Of a stretch of DNA of 64,000 nt, positions 9,275 to 19,420 are shown one piece after another. Source of the stretch: Patescibacteria group bacterium (GTDB lineage: Bacteria; Patescibacteriota; Microgenomatia; Levybacterales; UBA12049); contig JBBTTO010000002.1 of the NCBI GenBank assembly GCA_038064195.1, forward strand, positions 269,356-333,355, in the 5' to 3' direction. The position numbers were made by a program, and so were the translations under genes. Under the pieces are notes generated by a model that made no database searches, was not told the DNA's origin, and worked only from the letters and a program-made list of their open reading frames with translations. Each line of letters opens with the position of its first letter. Position 1 is the first letter of the stretch.

Positions 9275-9325
9275 CATGAGTAATACTTAATAGCTAACGA
9301 AGATCAACTATTATATAATACGCAT

Positions 9326-10849
9326 ATGTTCTGGGCAGATAAAGTAGCACAACAAATTATAGAATCCGGCAACTATAAACCATACTGGGTTGATGATATG
9401 AAAACTCCGTCCGGGAGGGTGCATGTGGGTGCTCTTTTGGGTGTGGTTATTCATGATTTGGTTTTTAGAGCCTTGACTGACGCCGGGGTGGAGGCAAAGT
9501 ATACGTATGTATTTGAGAATCACGATCCGATGGATGATATTCCTTCATATCTTCCCAGAGAAAAATTTGAGAAGTATCTGGGAATGCCACTTTTTGCCAT
9601 ACCGTCTCCTGTTGAAGGGTATAAAGACTTTGCAGAATACTATGCATTTGAGTTTAAAGAGGCTTTTAATGCGATCGGTAGTCACCCTGAAATACTCTGG
9701 ACAAAGGACCTTTATACAAGCGGTAAGATGAATGAGGGCATAAAAAAAGTTCTTGATAACGCTCAGGAAATCAGAAAAATATATCAGGAGATGTATAAAA
9801 AAGAGATTGCAGCAGATTGGTATGCGTTTCAGGTTTATTGTGAGTCCTGTGGAAAAGTCTCAACAACCCGTGTCTATAATTGGGATGGAGAAAATGTCCA
9901 TTATCGTTGTTTAACTGACGGGGTCAATTGGACAAAAGGTTGTGGCTACGAGGGCAAGACCTCACCTTTTAGTGATGAATCAGGCATGAATGGCAAAATG
10001 CCTTGGAAAGTCGAATGGGCAGCTAAATGGCAGGCAATCGGAGTAACGGTTGAGGGAGCAGGGAAAGACCATATGAGTCGTGGGGGATCACATGATTTGG
10101 CAAGTATGGTCGCAAAACGTGTTCTTAATTATCCGGTTCCCTATCCTGTCGGATACGAGTTCATGCTTATCGGAGGAAAAAAAATGTCTTCTTCAAAAGG
10201 GAGAGGTTTTGCCGCCTCAGATATGCTGACAATTCTTCCGCCTGAACTCGTCAGATTTTTAATAGTGAAGATGAATATTCAACAACAAACAAATTTTGAT
10301 CCCACTGAAGGGGATACTATCCCTCGTCTTTTTGATGAATATCAGGAGTACGCCAATCATTATTTTGCTGGAGAAAAAGATGATGAAGCACGCATTTTTG
10401 AGTTGTCACAAGTAAAAGAGGTCAAAAAGCCATTGGACGTGCGTTTTACAACGCTTGTTCAGTGGGTGCAGATGCCAAATATGGAAAAGGAGATTAAGGC
10501 GCAAGGTCTAGAAGAGTGGGCGAAATATGCACGCATTTGGGTGGAGAAATTTGCACCCGAGTCTGATAAATTCACAATCCAAGAACGGCTTCCCGATTCG
10601 GCACGCCTTCTCTCGCAAGCACAAAAAAAATATCTTGCAGCAGTTGCTGAGTTACTAAACAGGATCTCAGATCCTGAAGATCTGCAAAAAGCTATCTATG
10701 AAAAAGCAAAAGAGATGCAGATCCCATCAAAAGATGCATTCGGTGCTATTTATACGGTACTTTTAGACAAGAATTACGGACCAAAGGCCGGCTGGCTTAT
10801 TTTGTCCTTGGACAAAGATATGGTCCGGGAACGCTTCTCTTCGCTCTAG
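9326..10849 (+). CDS. lysK: Lysine--tRNA ligase, class I (LysK-type)
   Basis: Class I HIGH-like region (RVHVGALLG) and the class-I-LysRS-specific KMSSS motif (GGKKMSSSKGRG). 507 aa. Confidence 0.75.
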   Translation: MFWADKVAQQIIESGNYKPYWVDDMKTPSGRVHVGALLGVVIHDLVFRALTDAGVEAKYTYVFENHDPMDDIPSYLPREKFEKYLGMPLFAIPSPVEGYKDFAEYYAFEFKEAFNAIGSHPEILWTKDLYTSGKMNEGIKKVLDNAQEIRKIYQEMYKKEIAADWYAFQVYCESCGKVSTTRVYNWDGENVHYRCLTDGVNWTKGCGYEGKTSPFSDESGMNGKMPWKVEWAAKWQAIGVTVEGAGKDHMSRGGSHDLASMVAKRVLNYPVPYPVGYEFMLIGGKKMSSSKGRGFAASDMLTILPPELVRFLIVKMNIQQQTNFDPTEGDTIPRLFDEYQEYANHYFAGEKDDEARIFELSQVKEVKKPLDVRFTTLVQWVQMPNMEKEIKAQGLEEWAKYARIWVEKFAPESDKFTIQERLPDSARLLSQAQKKYLAAVAELLNRISDPEDLQKAIYEKAKEMQIPSKDAFGAIYTVLLDKNYGPKAGWLILSLDKDMVRERFSSL

Positions 10850-10915
10850 CCAAAATCATTCTCAATGTTTGTCAGGTAGCTAAGTTCATGCTATAGTATC
10901 AATCTATTTCCATTC

Positions 10916-11767
10916 ATGAAAAAGACATTAGTTATCCTTATCCCTTCAATTATTGTCGCAATTATCGTATTTTTTCTTGTCCAGTCATTGCTGCTTACGG
11001 GTAAGGATAAAGGCGCCCTACAGGTTACAGCAAGCCCTCAGAGTAAGGTTTACCTTAACAATAAATATATCGGTCAAACACCTCTCTGTCGGTGTAACAG
11101 TGATGAAATGGTCGCAACTGGTGACTACACCATACGGGTAGTTCCCAATACCGGAACTTTTAATGAGTTCCAGGAAAAAATTACCATTGGGAAATCAATC
11201 TTAACTGTAGTGGATCGTAAGTTTGGGAATGGTGCCACTTCTGAGGGAAGTATAATCACTCTTGAGCCGTTAAAAGACGGTGCTAAGCCACAGCTCCTTA
11301 TAACTTCAATTCCTGATAAGGCAGAGGTGCTTTTAGATAACTCTTCATCAGGTTTTACGCCGCTTTTTTTACAGAATCTAACGGATTCAGACCATGAGTT
11401 GATTCTCAGAAAGAGCGGCTATACGGACAAGAAAGTCAGGATACGCACTCCAAACGGTTATAAACTGATTGCTACGGTATTTTTAGGAATTGATGAGGGA
11501 GGTATCCCTTCCCCGACTCCGACACCAAGCGCTTCCCCGTCTGCAACCCCGACACCTGTTGTCAGTAAGATCGTGATTCTCCAGACACCAACAGGCTTTT
11601 TGCGGGTACGCGCAAGTAACAGTGTCGCTTCAACTGAGGTCGGACGGGTGACCCCCGGGCAAATTGTGGATCTGATCACTGAAAGTGAGGGATGGTATCA
11701 CATTAAGCTGGAGAGTGGAGTTGAAGGCTGGATCAGTAATCAGTATGCCAAGAAGCAAACTCCTTAA
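10916..11767 (+). CDS. PEGA domain / SH3b domain surface protein
   Basis: N-terminal TM, PEGA-like repeats (..VTASPQSKVYLNNKYIGQTPL..), a Pro/Ser/Thr linker and a C-terminal SH3b-like segment (..GQIVDLITESEGWYHIKLESGVEGWIS..). Confidence 0.6.
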   Translation: MKKTLVILIPSIIVAIIVFFLVQSLLLTGKDKGALQVTASPQSKVYLNNKYIGQTPLCRCNSDEMVATGDYTIRVVPNTGTFNEFQEKITIGKSILTVVDRKFGNGATSEGSIITLEPLKDGAKPQLLITSIPDKAEVLLDNSSSGFTPLFLQNLTDSDHELILRKSGYTDKKVRIRTPNGYKLIATVFLGIDEGGIPSPTPTPSASPSATPTPVVSKIVILQTPTGFLRVRASNSVASTEVGRVTPGQIVDLITESEGWYHIKLESGVEGWISNQYAKKQTP

Positions 11768-12708
11768 ACCTGAATGACATAGGTAATAATAATTACCAGA
11801 AATATCCAGAGAAGAACGGTTAGGAGGAGCGGCCGATCGGATAAAAGGACTTTTTCAGGGCTTTCTCCTTCGTGTTTTTCATAGATATCCTGGAGGTAGC
11901 GCATCAGTCCATAGACGACAGGGATGATTGTGATCATGAGCCATTTACGTTGGAGGTAGGCAGGGAGAAAATCAGGAAAGAAAAGATCATTGGTGATTGT
12001 AAAACGGCGTGAATTCTCAAGGAAAGTAAAGAATGAGTAGGTAATAAAGGTAGAGGTCGCAAAGATTGAGGCGTAGACATCAAGAAGTCTTTCTGAATAA
12101 TGAGAAAGCGTTTTGCGCATCGCCGCGATTTGAGCACTTGAGGATGTCGAAACAAGCGTTAGCTCTGAACGTCTTTTACCAATTGCCAGGAAAAGAGAGA
12201 GTGAGATAGCAGTCAGAAGCAACCAAACGGAAATATGATAGCTGGTCAAAAATTCTCCCGCGTAGACCCTCAGAATATACCCGCCAGCTAAAGCTAAGAT
12301 ATCTATGACAGCGATATTTTTCAAAAGCATAGAATAAGATATTTGTAAAAGGAGATAGACTATCGTCAGAAGAAAAAAGGCCGGGGAGATAACAAAACTC
12401 CCGGTCAGTGCTATAGCTGTTAAGATGCAGGCAACGATTATTCCTGAGGTAAGTGAAATATCTTTATTAGCTAAAGGTCTGAATCGTTTGAAGGGATGGA
12501 TGCGATCTTTTTTAACATCAAAGATATCATTGATCACATAAATTGCGGAAGAAAGGCAACAAAAAATAATAAATCCGAAAGCAACAGTGAGGAGGATCGA
12601 CGGAACAAAAAGCTGTCCACCAAAAGTGATGGCCGCAAAGACAGCTAAATTCTTTATCCATTGTCGCGGACGAAGGAGCCGCAGATAATTACGAAACACT
12701 TTTTTCAT
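11764..12708 (-). CDS. UbiA prenyltransferase family protein (decaprenyl-phosphate phosphoribosyltransferase-like)
   Basis: The N-terminus LRPRQWIKNLAVFAAITFGG is typical of UbiA/DPPR-synthase-like polytopic transferases, with conserved Asp-rich loops. Confidence 0.65.
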   Translation of the reverse strand: MKKVFRNYLRLLRPRQWIKNLAVFAAITFGGQLFVPSILLTVAFGFIIFCCLSSAIYVINDIFDVKKDRIHPFKRFRPLANKDISLTSGIIVACILTAIALTGSFVISPAFFLLTIVYLLLQISYSMLLKNIAVIDILALAGGYILRVYAGEFLTSYHISVWLLLTAISLSLFLAIGKRRSELTLVSTSSSAQIAAMRKTLSHYSERLLDVYASIFATSTFITYSFFTFLENSRRFTITNDLFFPDFLPAYLQRKWLMITIIPVVYGLMRYLQDIYEKHEGESPEKVLLSDRPLLLTVLLWIFLVIIITYVIQV

Positions 12709-13765
12709 GCTGATTTCTTACTATAAAGTGGAGGAAGAATATCGCTCCTCCAACAATTGCCAGTAACATGAGAAGTGCGAATAATTTGCCCTTACTATGG
12801 ATAGTAAGTGCAATTGTGCCAACTATAGCAGAGATAATCCAATAAAACAACGCAATTTGTCTTTGGGTATACCCGAGACGCAGGAGGAGGTGATGAAGAT
12901 GTTTGTTGTCATGCCAGAATGGTGAGCGCCCTGAGAGGATACGTCTTATTATGGTAAAAAGAGCATCAACTGTGGGTACTCCCATCACCAAAATAGCGGT
13001 TGCCAACTTGGCGCTTGAGAAGATCGAGACAACCGCAAGTAATAAATACATCGAGGTAGCACCATATCCGGGAAATATTTTCGCGGGGTAGAAATTAAAT
13101 ACCAAAAATCCCAGGGCTGCTCCGGTAATGATAAATGACAGCTTGGCATCTATAAGATTTGTCCCGCTGAGTACGGGGAACCGCAGACTGAGAATGCCGA
13201 TAACAAGAGCCGAAATGGCTACTATGCCGGGCATTTGTCCGTCTACTCCCTTACTCCAGTTAAGCATATTCATCACCCAGACAATCCATACGCCTGCCAT
13301 AACATCTCCGAAGGTGATTGGCAAAAAGGGTAAAATAAGCTGGTTGAGATGGAGAATCCCGCCGAGTGGATTGGTAATAAAGGGAATTGTTACACCAGAA
13401 CCAACTACAATCCCGGCACAAAGAATATTTGATAGAAAACGAAGGTAGGGAGAGATATCCCGTGACGAGGCATTGAACTTATCATCAATAACTCCTACAA
13501 CCAGTGCGATAAATGCAGCCAGAAAAATTGCCAGTGTACTTGGTGTTAAGGGAAGAAAAATAAGACTTGTTAAGAGAATTCCAATGAAGATGGGAATTCC
13601 TCCACCTCTGGGGATAGGCCTGGTATGAATTATTGCCGGATGTTTGTGAAGTTTGGGGTCATCAACCAGGCCGAGTTTTTTTATGACAGGTATTAACAAA
13701 TACGTACTTATGACAGTCAGTACTGTCGCGACAAAAAGAGGTAAAAGTATAAATAGAGCAATCAT
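12689..13765 (-). CDS. Glycosyltransferase family 4 polyprenyl-phosphate sugar-1-phosphate transferase (MraY/WecA-like)
   Basis: Polytopic protein with VDDKF and NMLNWSKGVDGQMPG motifs (NxxNxxDGxDGL pattern). 358 aa. Confidence 0.65.
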   Translation of the reverse strand: MIALFILLPLFVATVLTVISTYLLIPVIKKLGLVDDPKLHKHPAIIHTRPIPRGGGIPIFIGILLTSLIFLPLTPSTLAIFLAAFIALVVGVIDDKFNASSRDISPYLRFLSNILCAGIVVGSGVTIPFITNPLGGILHLNQLILPFLPITFGDVMAGVWIVWVMNMLNWSKGVDGQMPGIVAISALVIGILSLRFPVLSGTNLIDAKLSFIITGAALGFLVFNFYPAKIFPGYGATSMYLLLAVVSIFSSAKLATAILVMGVPTVDALFTIIRRILSGRSPFWHDNKHLHHLLLRLGYTQRQIALFYWIISAIVGTIALTIHSKGKLFALLMLLAIVGGAIFFLHFIVRNQHEKSVS

Positions 13766-13766
13766 C

Positions 13767-14120
13767 TTAAAGGACTAACTGAATAATTCTGAAAATAAAA
13801 ATAAGGGTAAGGGTACTTACTAAGAGTGTGGTGAAGGTCAGCATGCGGGCAGCAACCTGCATTTTTTCATAGACCATATTACTCACTATGCTGTTGCCGA
13901 CAACTATGCTGAAGGCTATTCCAACCGGAATAAGCAGAGCGAGTCTGCCGGCAAGTCTATCAGTACCCCAGGGAAGCTGATTAAATGCGGGAAGTACTGG
14001 AGGAAGTACTCGATAAAAGAGTGCAATAAGAACCAGACTGAAAAAGAGGATGATAAGTGAGAGAACGGTCCCCCAAAGAATGGTTTTGTCAGCGAACAAT
14101 TTATCAGTTAATTCTTTCAT
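13767..14120 (-). CDS. Hypothetical small membrane protein
   Basis: 117 aa with 3 predicted TM helices. It overlaps neighbouring genes within the glycan cluster. Confidence 0.4.
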   Translation of the reverse strand: MKELTDKLFADKTILWGTVLSLIILFFSLVLIALFYRVLPPVLPAFNQLPWGTDRLAGRLALLIPVGIAFSIVVGNSIVSNMVYEKMQVAARMLTFTTLLVSTLTLIFIFRIIQLVL

Positions 14121-15594
14121 AGATTGTTGCTTCTCTGGTGGTCAGGACTTGTCTGCCTTTGGTAAGAGGGAAGGTAAGATTCGGAGCATTTTTAAAAACA
14201 ATAGTGAAATCGGAAGGATTGTCCTTGAGTGCCCTAGCTGTTTCTTCTTCATGATTTTTTAATCCGGCAATATGATAGGCAACAGTGAATCTGCCTGGCG
14301 GCAATGTGCCTGTCTGGTAATAAATTTGAGCAGCGTTGCCCCAGATAAAGAGGGTTTTATTATCCTTCCCGTGAGTATTGAGATAGTGAACCAGCTCCAT
14401 ATCTTGCGGGACTCTCCTGTCAAAGAATGCTTCATACTCCGTAACCGATTTCTCACCTGTAATAAAACTCATAAAATTAGTATAATAACCGACCGTTTTC
14501 TGAACACTCCAATGATTAAAGAAAAATAACGACGTAAAAGATAGAAGAATACCTGTTAAGAGGCTCACTATCCGAAAACGGTTTTTAGTAATAAATATAG
14601 ATCCAATCACCAGAGAAAAACTCGGGAGGAGAACAAGAACATAATGTGTATAAGGCCGTTGAGAGAAGAAACTATTGAAAAGAGAGAATGCTACCCATAA
14701 AGAGATAAAAAGTGTTTGACGGGAGACGGACTGCCTTTTGCTGAATAAGTACAAGACAAATGCTGCCAGGACGAGTAGTTTGCTGATCAAGAGTCCCTGG
14801 GGGATAATAAAAGTATTGCCATACCCGACATAGCCGACAGTACTGAGAAAAACTGCCTGTATATATGCACCCAGAGCACCTTGACTGAGAAAGTAAAGCA
14901 CACTTATCAGAAAAGGCAAGACAAATCCCAACGTAAATAGAGATGCAGTTTGTAGGAATTTTGTAACGTAGGTGAAGATTGCCTTAGCCGTAAAAGAATT
15001 CGGAGAGGCGGTTATTAAGAGAAAAACAAAAAGCGCAGCAAAGTCAAAAATTCCGACAATTTTGTAGAGGAAGGCAATACCCAGCAGAAAGCCTGCGATC
15101 AGGAGTTGTCTGATACGGCCGTCTTTTTTTGGATAAGTATAAATAATATAAGCAGCAGTAATAATCGGGAGCAGCATGAAATTTTCGGCATTGGCAATAT
15201 TGCCCTCAATAAACGGGAGACCGAAAAGAATTGCAAACGTTGCCGTAGCTATAAACGTTGAACGTTTTTGGGCATTAAAAATTCTTTGACAGAGCGCAAA
15301 GAAAATAAGAATACAGCTGATACCTACGAAAAGAGAAAGGAGCCTAACAAGGAATTGATCTCCATGAAAGAGAGCATATGTATAGTAGAGGAGCGGGGGC
15401 TTGTTATCCCATATTTGGGTATAGAGTACCCGCCCGCGACTGATCGCTAGACCGAGTGTCTCATAGATGCCTTCGTCCCCATACCAGAATGGCTCAAAAA
15501 GTGAAGGCAGTCTAAGGAGAAAAAAAAGAAAAGAAATACCGAGTGCGTACCAAAAATGATGCGAGCTTTCAATTTGACGTAATTTATCTTTCAT
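14104..15594 (-). CDS. GT-C fold glycosyltransferase (ArnT/PMT family 39/83-like)
   Basis: N-terminal FEPFWYGDEGIYETLGLAI motif and a long polytopic membrane domain. 496 aa. Confidence 0.65.
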   Translation of the reverse strand: MKDKLRQIESSHHFWYALGISFLFFLLRLPSLFEPFWYGDEGIYETLGLAISRGRVLYTQIWDNKPPLLYYTYALFHGDQFLVRLLSLFVGISCILIFFALCQRIFNAQKRSTFIATATFAILFGLPFIEGNIANAENFMLLPIITAAYIIYTYPKKDGRIRQLLIAGFLLGIAFLYKIVGIFDFAALFVFLLITASPNSFTAKAIFTYVTKFLQTASLFTLGFVLPFLISVLYFLSQGALGAYIQAVFLSTVGYVGYGNTFIIPQGLLISKLLVLAAFVLYLFSKRQSVSRQTLFISLWVAFSLFNSFFSQRPYTHYVLVLLPSFSLVIGSIFITKNRFRIVSLLTGILLSFTSLFFFNHWSVQKTVGYYTNFMSFITGEKSVTEYEAFFDRRVPQDMELVHYLNTHGKDNKTLFIWGNAAQIYYQTGTLPPGRFTVAYHIAGLKNHEEETARALKDNPSDFTIVFKNAPNLTFPLTKGRQVLTTREATIYERIN

Positions 15595-17084
15595 GCTTTA
15601 TCCGTAACCTTGTATTCCATTCGTTTGCCAAGCATAAGCTGCGTATGTGAAATCAATGCCGGGAGTGCCGAGAGGAAAAACCCGACAATCGGCATAAGAA
15701 TAAATTCAAAGGGGAAAAAGATTTTACGTCTGAGAGGAAGAGGTGTATTCTCAGGTCTATTTTTATAGTCAATGAACATTAAGGCAAATAATGCCAAAAT
15801 CGTCGAGGTCAGGATAAGACCCGCAAGTCGGGGCAGGCTGTAGCCGAGAGCAGTCCGGGAGAAGGCGGGATTAATAAACGGCATGATGTTGGCGGCAATG
15901 GTCACGATAAACCAATTGACCGGCCACAGGAAATGATCAAGTAAGACATGGTAAACCATGACTGTTTTGCGCACAAAAGGAACTCCGGGAACAGTAAACC
16001 ACCATTTCAGAAAAAGCGGATCATCTGATACCCCCCATGACCAGCGTCTCTCCTGGTGATATTTATTTTTGAGACTATTGATATAGCCGCGTGAATAAGC
16101 GGCGTCCATCGAGGTTTTAAGAAATATAGGCTCGGTCCAGACCTGCCCTTTGAGTTTAAAAAATGCCTTGAAGAAAATGCGATAATCTTCAGGAATAACA
16201 TCAACATCCCAAAAGCCGATATCCCGCAGCATTTTGAATGAGAGAGAATAGGTAGACTGGGTAATGAGGCGGTCATGCTGCACAAGCATAGAGGTTCTCC
16301 AAAGACTACCAAAGAATGAGATGATACGCACAGGCGCGGGAACGACCCAGATATTGTTATAAAATACGGCTGCAGATTGCCAGAATTTGTGATAGTGTTT
16401 GGGATCAATCAGAAATTTATACGTCAGGCAGGCAAAAAACTGTCGGTCAAAGATCGAATCGACATCGACACTGGATACGGTTGCAAAGTCAATATCCATC
16501 TTGCCTTCAACGAATAATTTTTGATAGGCTGCTTTTCCCGCAAAAGCTTCATTTGAAGACTTGCCTTTAACTTCCCCCGGAGCGTCAATATGGTAGGTTG
16601 CAAAAAAGCTGCCAAAAGTATTTTTGTATTCTTTGATAAGTAGGTCGGCTTTCTCAGGGCCCTCTAGCTCTCTTTCTTCCATGGCGAGTACTATGTGGAG
16701 TTGATCAAGCGGGAGAGTCTGCAGGGCTAAGTGCTCAATTGTGGTCCTCATTTTAGTAAGACTTTCTTTGTAGCTGAGGAGTATGACAACATGCTGTACC
16801 TTTTTAAAATCAGGTAATGCTTTGGCTTTTTCAAGCCAGTTTTGTCGTTCGGCGTGTTTGATCCTTTTGGCTCCGCGATAGGCATTGATGACAAGTGAGT
16901 AGGATTTGTAAAACCAATAAATATCAAAAAAGAGGATAAAGTAGGCAAGAAGCATTGGCGCAAAAAGAGAGCCCCAAATAGGCGAGAGGATGACAGTCCA
17001 GGAAAGTAAGCCCGGCATTAACTCGAGGAAGCGTCTGGTCTTGATCGGGTAGCGGGTAAATACTTTGTCAAAAAAAAGTGTCAT
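15591..17084 (-). CDS. Membrane glycosyltransferase family 2, processive (cellulose-synthase-like)
   Basis: N- and C-terminal TM helices flank a GT-A domain. A QxxRW-like motif (HQERRWSWG) is present, and the start overlaps the preceding gene. Confidence 0.6.
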   Translation of the reverse strand: MTLFFDKVFTRYPIKTRRFLELMPGLLSWTVILSPIWGSLFAPMLLAYFILFFDIYWFYKSYSLVINAYRGAKRIKHAERQNWLEKAKALPDFKKVQHVVILLSYKESLTKMRTTIEHLALQTLPLDQLHIVLAMEERELEGPEKADLLIKEYKNTFGSFFATYHIDAPGEVKGKSSNEAFAGKAAYQKLFVEGKMDIDFATVSSVDVDSIFDRQFFACLTYKFLIDPKHYHKFWQSAAVFYNNIWVVPAPVRIISFFGSLWRTSMLVQHDRLITQSTYSLSFKMLRDIGFWDVDVIPEDYRIFFKAFFKLKGQVWTEPIFLKTSMDAAYSRGYINSLKNKYHQERRWSWGVSDDPLFLKWWFTVPGVPFVRKTVMVYHVLLDHFLWPVNWFIVTIAANIMPFINPAFSRTALGYSLPRLAGLILTSTILALFALMFIDYKNRPENTPLPLRRKIFFPFEFILMPIVGFFLSALPALISHTQLMLGKRMEYKVTDKA

Positions 17085-17089
17085 AGGGA

Positions 17090-17896
17090 TTAGCGCATGC
17101 GAGTGAATACAGTATAGACGTTTTGGGTCGTTTGTTCCACAATTGTCTCGAATGGAACATTTTTAATTTTTGCTATATGTTTGCCTACGTATAAAACATA
17201 TTCGGGCATATTACGCTCACCCCGATGAGGGATGGGCGTGAGATAGGGGCTGTCAGTCTCAGTCACGATTCGATCAAGAGGAGTAAGACTAATCAGCTCG
17301 CTCAGCTCGACTGTTTCTTTGGGTGCCAGTCCGGGATACGTACTATTCCCGTCAAAGCCGATAAAAAAGCCCATGTCGAGGGCGTCTTTAAGCACTTCTT
17401 TAGTCCCTGCAAAGCAATGAAACATCCCGGGGACAGGAAGCAGAAGATGCTGACGCTCCTTAAGCATAGCTATGACATCCTCCCCCGCCAGGCGATTGTG
17501 GATCTGGAGAGGAAGTTTGAGCTTATGAGCTAATTCAATTTGGGAAGCAAAAACTTCTTTCTGCACTGCAGGATCGACGATACCATTGGAGGCGTAGCTG
17601 AAATAATCAAGACCTATCTCCCCAATACCCACAACTTTGTCTTGTTTGGCAATCTTTTCTAAGTCTTTAAGCCAATCATTTCCCAGCTCAAGTTTATCTG
17701 CATGGTGAGGATGCACTCCTACAATTGCGTAAAGCTCAGGGTATTTTTGTGCCAGTTCAACGGCCCATGTTGATGAATCATGCTTGGTGCCGGTATTGAT
17801 AATGCGGGTTACGCCTTTGACAAGCGCACTTTTAATGACAGCATCATAGTCATCTTTGAAGGAATGGAAGTTGAGGTGACAGTGAACATCAATCAT
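17090..17896 (-). CDS. tatD: TatD family metal-dependent hydrolase
   Basis: MIDVHCHLNF start, conserved His/Asp metal ligands and a TIM-barrel length of 268 aa. Confidence 0.85.
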   Translation of the reverse strand: MIDVHCHLNFHSFKDDYDAVIKSALVKGVTRIINTGTKHDSSTWAVELAQKYPELYAIVGVHPHHADKLELGNDWLKDLEKIAKQDKVVGIGEIGLDYFSYASNGIVDPAVQKEVFASQIELAHKLKLPLQIHNRLAGEDVIAMLKERQHLLLPVPGMFHCFAGTKEVLKDALDMGFFIGFDGNSTYPGLAPKETVELSELISLTPLDRIVTETDSPYLTPIPHRGERNMPEYVLYVGKHIAKIKNVPFETIVEQTTQNVYTVFTRMR

Positions 17897-17936
17897 AACT
17901 CAGTGATTAGTAAATAGTTCATAGATAATAGTTGTA

Positions 17937-19358
17937 TTAACTTATCCTCGGGAAAAGCGGGGTTTGGCTTTTGATCTCGCCTGAGAATTGCTCAAGGATC
18001 TTTTCAGATGACTGCGGAAGAAAAGGTTGGAGGTTATGGGCCACAACCATAATTTGCGAGATCAGATCCAGCAGGACTTTTTTGGCCTCTTCGCCTTCGA
18101 GTTCCCATGGTTTGGCCTGATTGATTTGTTGATCAGCTAGAGTAATCCAGCTCCAAATCTCACTTAGAGCTTCATTAAACTTGAAATCCTGAAGAGACTG
18201 TTCGACTTTAGGATTAATGCTTTGTTCTTCAGGAGCGTGATATGAAAGGGCATGCTTCTCAGCGAGTTTGGCGACACGTGCTACTAAATTCCCAAGACCG
18301 TTAGCGAGATCGGAATTATACGCCTCAATAAGCTTTTCTTCAGAGAAGTCCCCATCCTGGAAAGGAGAGATTTTTGCCAGACAGTAATACCTAAGAGCAT
18401 CTGTGCCATATTTGGCAACAATATCCAAAGGGTTTACGACATTTCCAAGCGTTTTAGACATCTTTTGACCATTCACCGTAAAGTATTCATGCACAAAAAG
18501 TTTTTTGGGTGTTGCCAGCCCTGCAGAATGAAGGATAGCCGGCCAATAGACGGCGTGGAACCTGATAATGCCCTTACCTACCACATGCAAATCAGCCGGC
18601 CACCATTTGTTGTAGGATGTTTCATCAGCTCCAAAGCCAATGCCAGATTGGTAAATGTTGAGCGCATCGAACCAAACATAAATACGTTGTTCAGGATCAT
18701 TTGGTACCGGTACACCCCAGTTTTTAGCTCTTTTATTGCTGCGTGAAATGCTGAAATCTTCAAGACCGGATTTGATAAAAGAAATAATCTCATTTTTGCG
18801 GAATTCGGGAACGATTTGATACTCATTTGATTCAATCAGCTTGAGGAGAAAGTCTTGATACTTTGACAGCTTAAAAAAATAGTTTTCTTCTTCAACTTCT
18901 TCCAGCGGTTTGCCAGGGTGCTCGTGGCACTCCCCTTTTTCATTCAACTCACTCTTGGTTTTAAATTCCTCACAACCGACACAGTAGAGCCCTTTGTAGG
19001 ATTTCTTATAAATATCGCCATTTGCGTCACATAATTCCCAGAGTTTTTGACTTGCTTTGTGATGATTGTCGCTACTCCCCTTTTGGAAGACATCAAAGTG
19101 GATATTGAGCTCTTTGGCTAGTCTTTCAAATTCCTCTGCATGTTCGTCAATAAAGCTTTGAATTTCTTTGCCTTCTTTTTCAGCTGCCTGGACGTTTTTA
19201 ATCGCATTTTCATCAGATCCACAGAGATACCAGACATCACTTCCAACGAGGCGTTGATGACGATTAACCACGTCTGACTGGAGGAATTCCAAAGCATGAC
19301 CGATGTGTGGCTGTGCATTGACGTAAGGGATCGAATTGGTAATAAAAAATTTATTCAT
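17937..19358 (-). CDS. metG: Methionine--tRNA ligase (short form)
   Basis: PYVNAQPHIGH (HIGH), KMSKTLGNVV (KMSKS) and the zinc knuckle CVGCEEF...C..H. 473 aa with no C-terminal tRNA-binding extension. Confidence 0.85.
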   Translation of the reverse strand: MNKFFITNSIPYVNAQPHIGHALEFLQSDVVNRHQRLVGSDVWYLCGSDENAIKNVQAAEKEGKEIQSFIDEHAEEFERLAKELNIHFDVFQKGSSDNHHKASQKLWELCDANGDIYKKSYKGLYCVGCEEFKTKSELNEKGECHEHPGKPLEEVEEENYFFKLSKYQDFLLKLIESNEYQIVPEFRKNEIISFIKSGLEDFSISRSNKRAKNWGVPVPNDPEQRIYVWFDALNIYQSGIGFGADETSYNKWWPADLHVVGKGIIRFHAVYWPAILHSAGLATPKKLFVHEYFTVNGQKMSKTLGNVVNPLDIVAKYGTDALRYYCLAKISPFQDGDFSEEKLIEAYNSDLANGLGNLVARVAKLAEKHALSYHAPEEQSINPKVEQSLQDFKFNEALSEIWSWITLADQQINQAKPWELEGEEAKKVLLDLISQIMVVAHNLQPFLPQSSEKILEQFSGEIKSQTPLFPRIS

Positions 19359-19420
19359 GATAGAAGTCCACTAGTGGATTGCTAGATTGTACCAGAGTGA
19401 TTAGCCTCAAGCAACCAGAT

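Noticed and set aside
9138-9325. T-box leader upstream of lysK
   Set aside because: No T-box consensus (AATTAGGGTGGNACCGCG) or specifier-loop arrangement was found. Only a terminator with a possible alternative pairing is present, and this is reported separately at low interest.
19367-19378. Perfect 12-nt palindrome TCCACTAGTGGA upstream of metG
   Set aside because: It is too short to call an operator or terminator without supporting context.
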